A stretch of DNA of 64,000 bases from Octopus sinensis (Eukaryota): the NCBI RefSeq assembly GCF_006345805.1, contig NC_043006.1:40052001-40116000 (forward strand), written 5' to 3'. Below the pieces are notes generated by a model, which was given only the letters and a program-made list of their open reading frames with translations, was not told where the DNA came from and made no database searches. This document shows, one piece after another, positions 62,990 to 64,000 of this stretch. Numbering within the stretch: the stretch's first letter is position 1; each line of letters starts with the position of its first letter. A program made the position numbers and the translations under genes.

Positions 62990-63930
62990 TCGATACCCTG
63001 CCGTGGTAGTTTGAAAGTAGTATCGATCATTATGCTGAGATCCTTTTCTTCAGTAAGATGTTGATGTTTGTGGCCAATAGTCAAGGGAGAGTTTGGAGGT
63101 GAACCTATTGGCAATGGCTGCATTTTGAAGCGTTCAAGTTCAGATTCCATTCTTCCGCCCAATTCCAAGCTCGGTTCAGTGACGATTGGAGTATGTCGTA
63201 TTGATTCCTAGGTGAGACAAGTTTGACGTCGTCTGCAAATAGGAGAACTCTTCCATCAAGAAAATCTGGCTGGTCGTTGATATAGAGAAGGAAAAGTATT
63301 GGCCCTAGCACCGACCCCTGGGGAACGCCGCTGCATGCATTCGTCTCCGCGGAGAGATCTCCATTTATCTGCACCCAAAAGGTTCGATAGCTCAGGAAGG
63401 AAGAAATCCACAAAGTCACCAATGGATGAATCTTGAATGCTCGAAGTTTGCGCTAGAGAAGTCAGTGATTAACGGAGTCAAACGCCTTTGCGAAGTCCAA
63501 AAATACCACGCCCACCAAGTCTTTTCATCCATGGTCCTTGTAATCCATTCTTCAACAAGGAGAAGATTTGTTAGGCAAGATCTTCAGGGTAGAAATCCAT
63601 GCTGCGAGTCGGATATTTCTTTGTACCATAAAGAGATATTTGTATAGTGCTTTGGTTGGAAATAGCTGTGGGAATGACCTGAACATTGTGAATAAAAACA
63701 AAGTCGAGTATGCTATTTTCCCCTAATTGGACGGGTAATAATTTGTTGTATGGGAAAATCTTTTGTTGTATCGAGGAAATGGTTCATATCCCTCCACTTC
63801 AGTTGCTTAGTTCCAGACTGGATATAATCGTCGGACCAGCAAAGATTAGTAAAATTAAAGACCCTTGTTAAAAGCATATTAGCCTGTATGCTGGCCTCAG
63901 CTAGGGTTAGATTTATGAGCAAAAAAAAAG
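62990..63930 (-). pseudogene. CR1/L2/Jockey-group LINE ORF2 remnant (EN C-terminus plus RT, internally deleted)
   Basis: SQHGFLP.RSCLTNLL; WISSFLSYR..SGVPQGSVLGPILFLLYIND..LLFADDVKL..W...WNLNLNASKC; FNFTNLCW..FLD..QIITRP. Confidence 0.9.
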
Positions 63931-64000
63931 CACCTCTGAAGTGATCTTCGTGGTTAACCGTGTCACGATGACGGTAGGTAATGCTTTTAATATGATTTCA

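Overview
AT-rich, repeat-saturated eukaryotic DNA. By inference it is from an octopod cephalopod (Octopus-type tRNA-derived SINEs plus extreme (TA)n/(CA)n/(AAT)n microsatellite load). I recognise no host protein-coding exon, so it is probably intergenic or deep intronic. Most ORFs in the supplied track are translated microsatellites. Real coding remnants are all transposon-derived: a near-intact IR/DR Tc1 (DD34E) element with one frameshift (24369-25997), mariner and DD37D fragments, an RLE-type LINE 3' end, a Penelope GIY-YIG fragment, two Tx1/L1-like ORF1 remnants, a CR1/L2-like RT fragment and a Helitron helicase fragment. Around these sit about 40 SINE copies of four families, several MITEs, three Helitrons and TE-derived tandem arrays. 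The unexpected layer is RNA structure: seven hammerhead-ribozyme-like motifs in Penelope-type or non-autonomous repeats. The best candidate (23290-23353, minus) has a fully canonical core whose three strands are in a non-circularly permuted order. Another lies in the tail of a tRNA-headed SINE (55807-56120). All folds were made by eye and none is tested. SINE and MITE boundaries are approximate (+/-10-20 bp).
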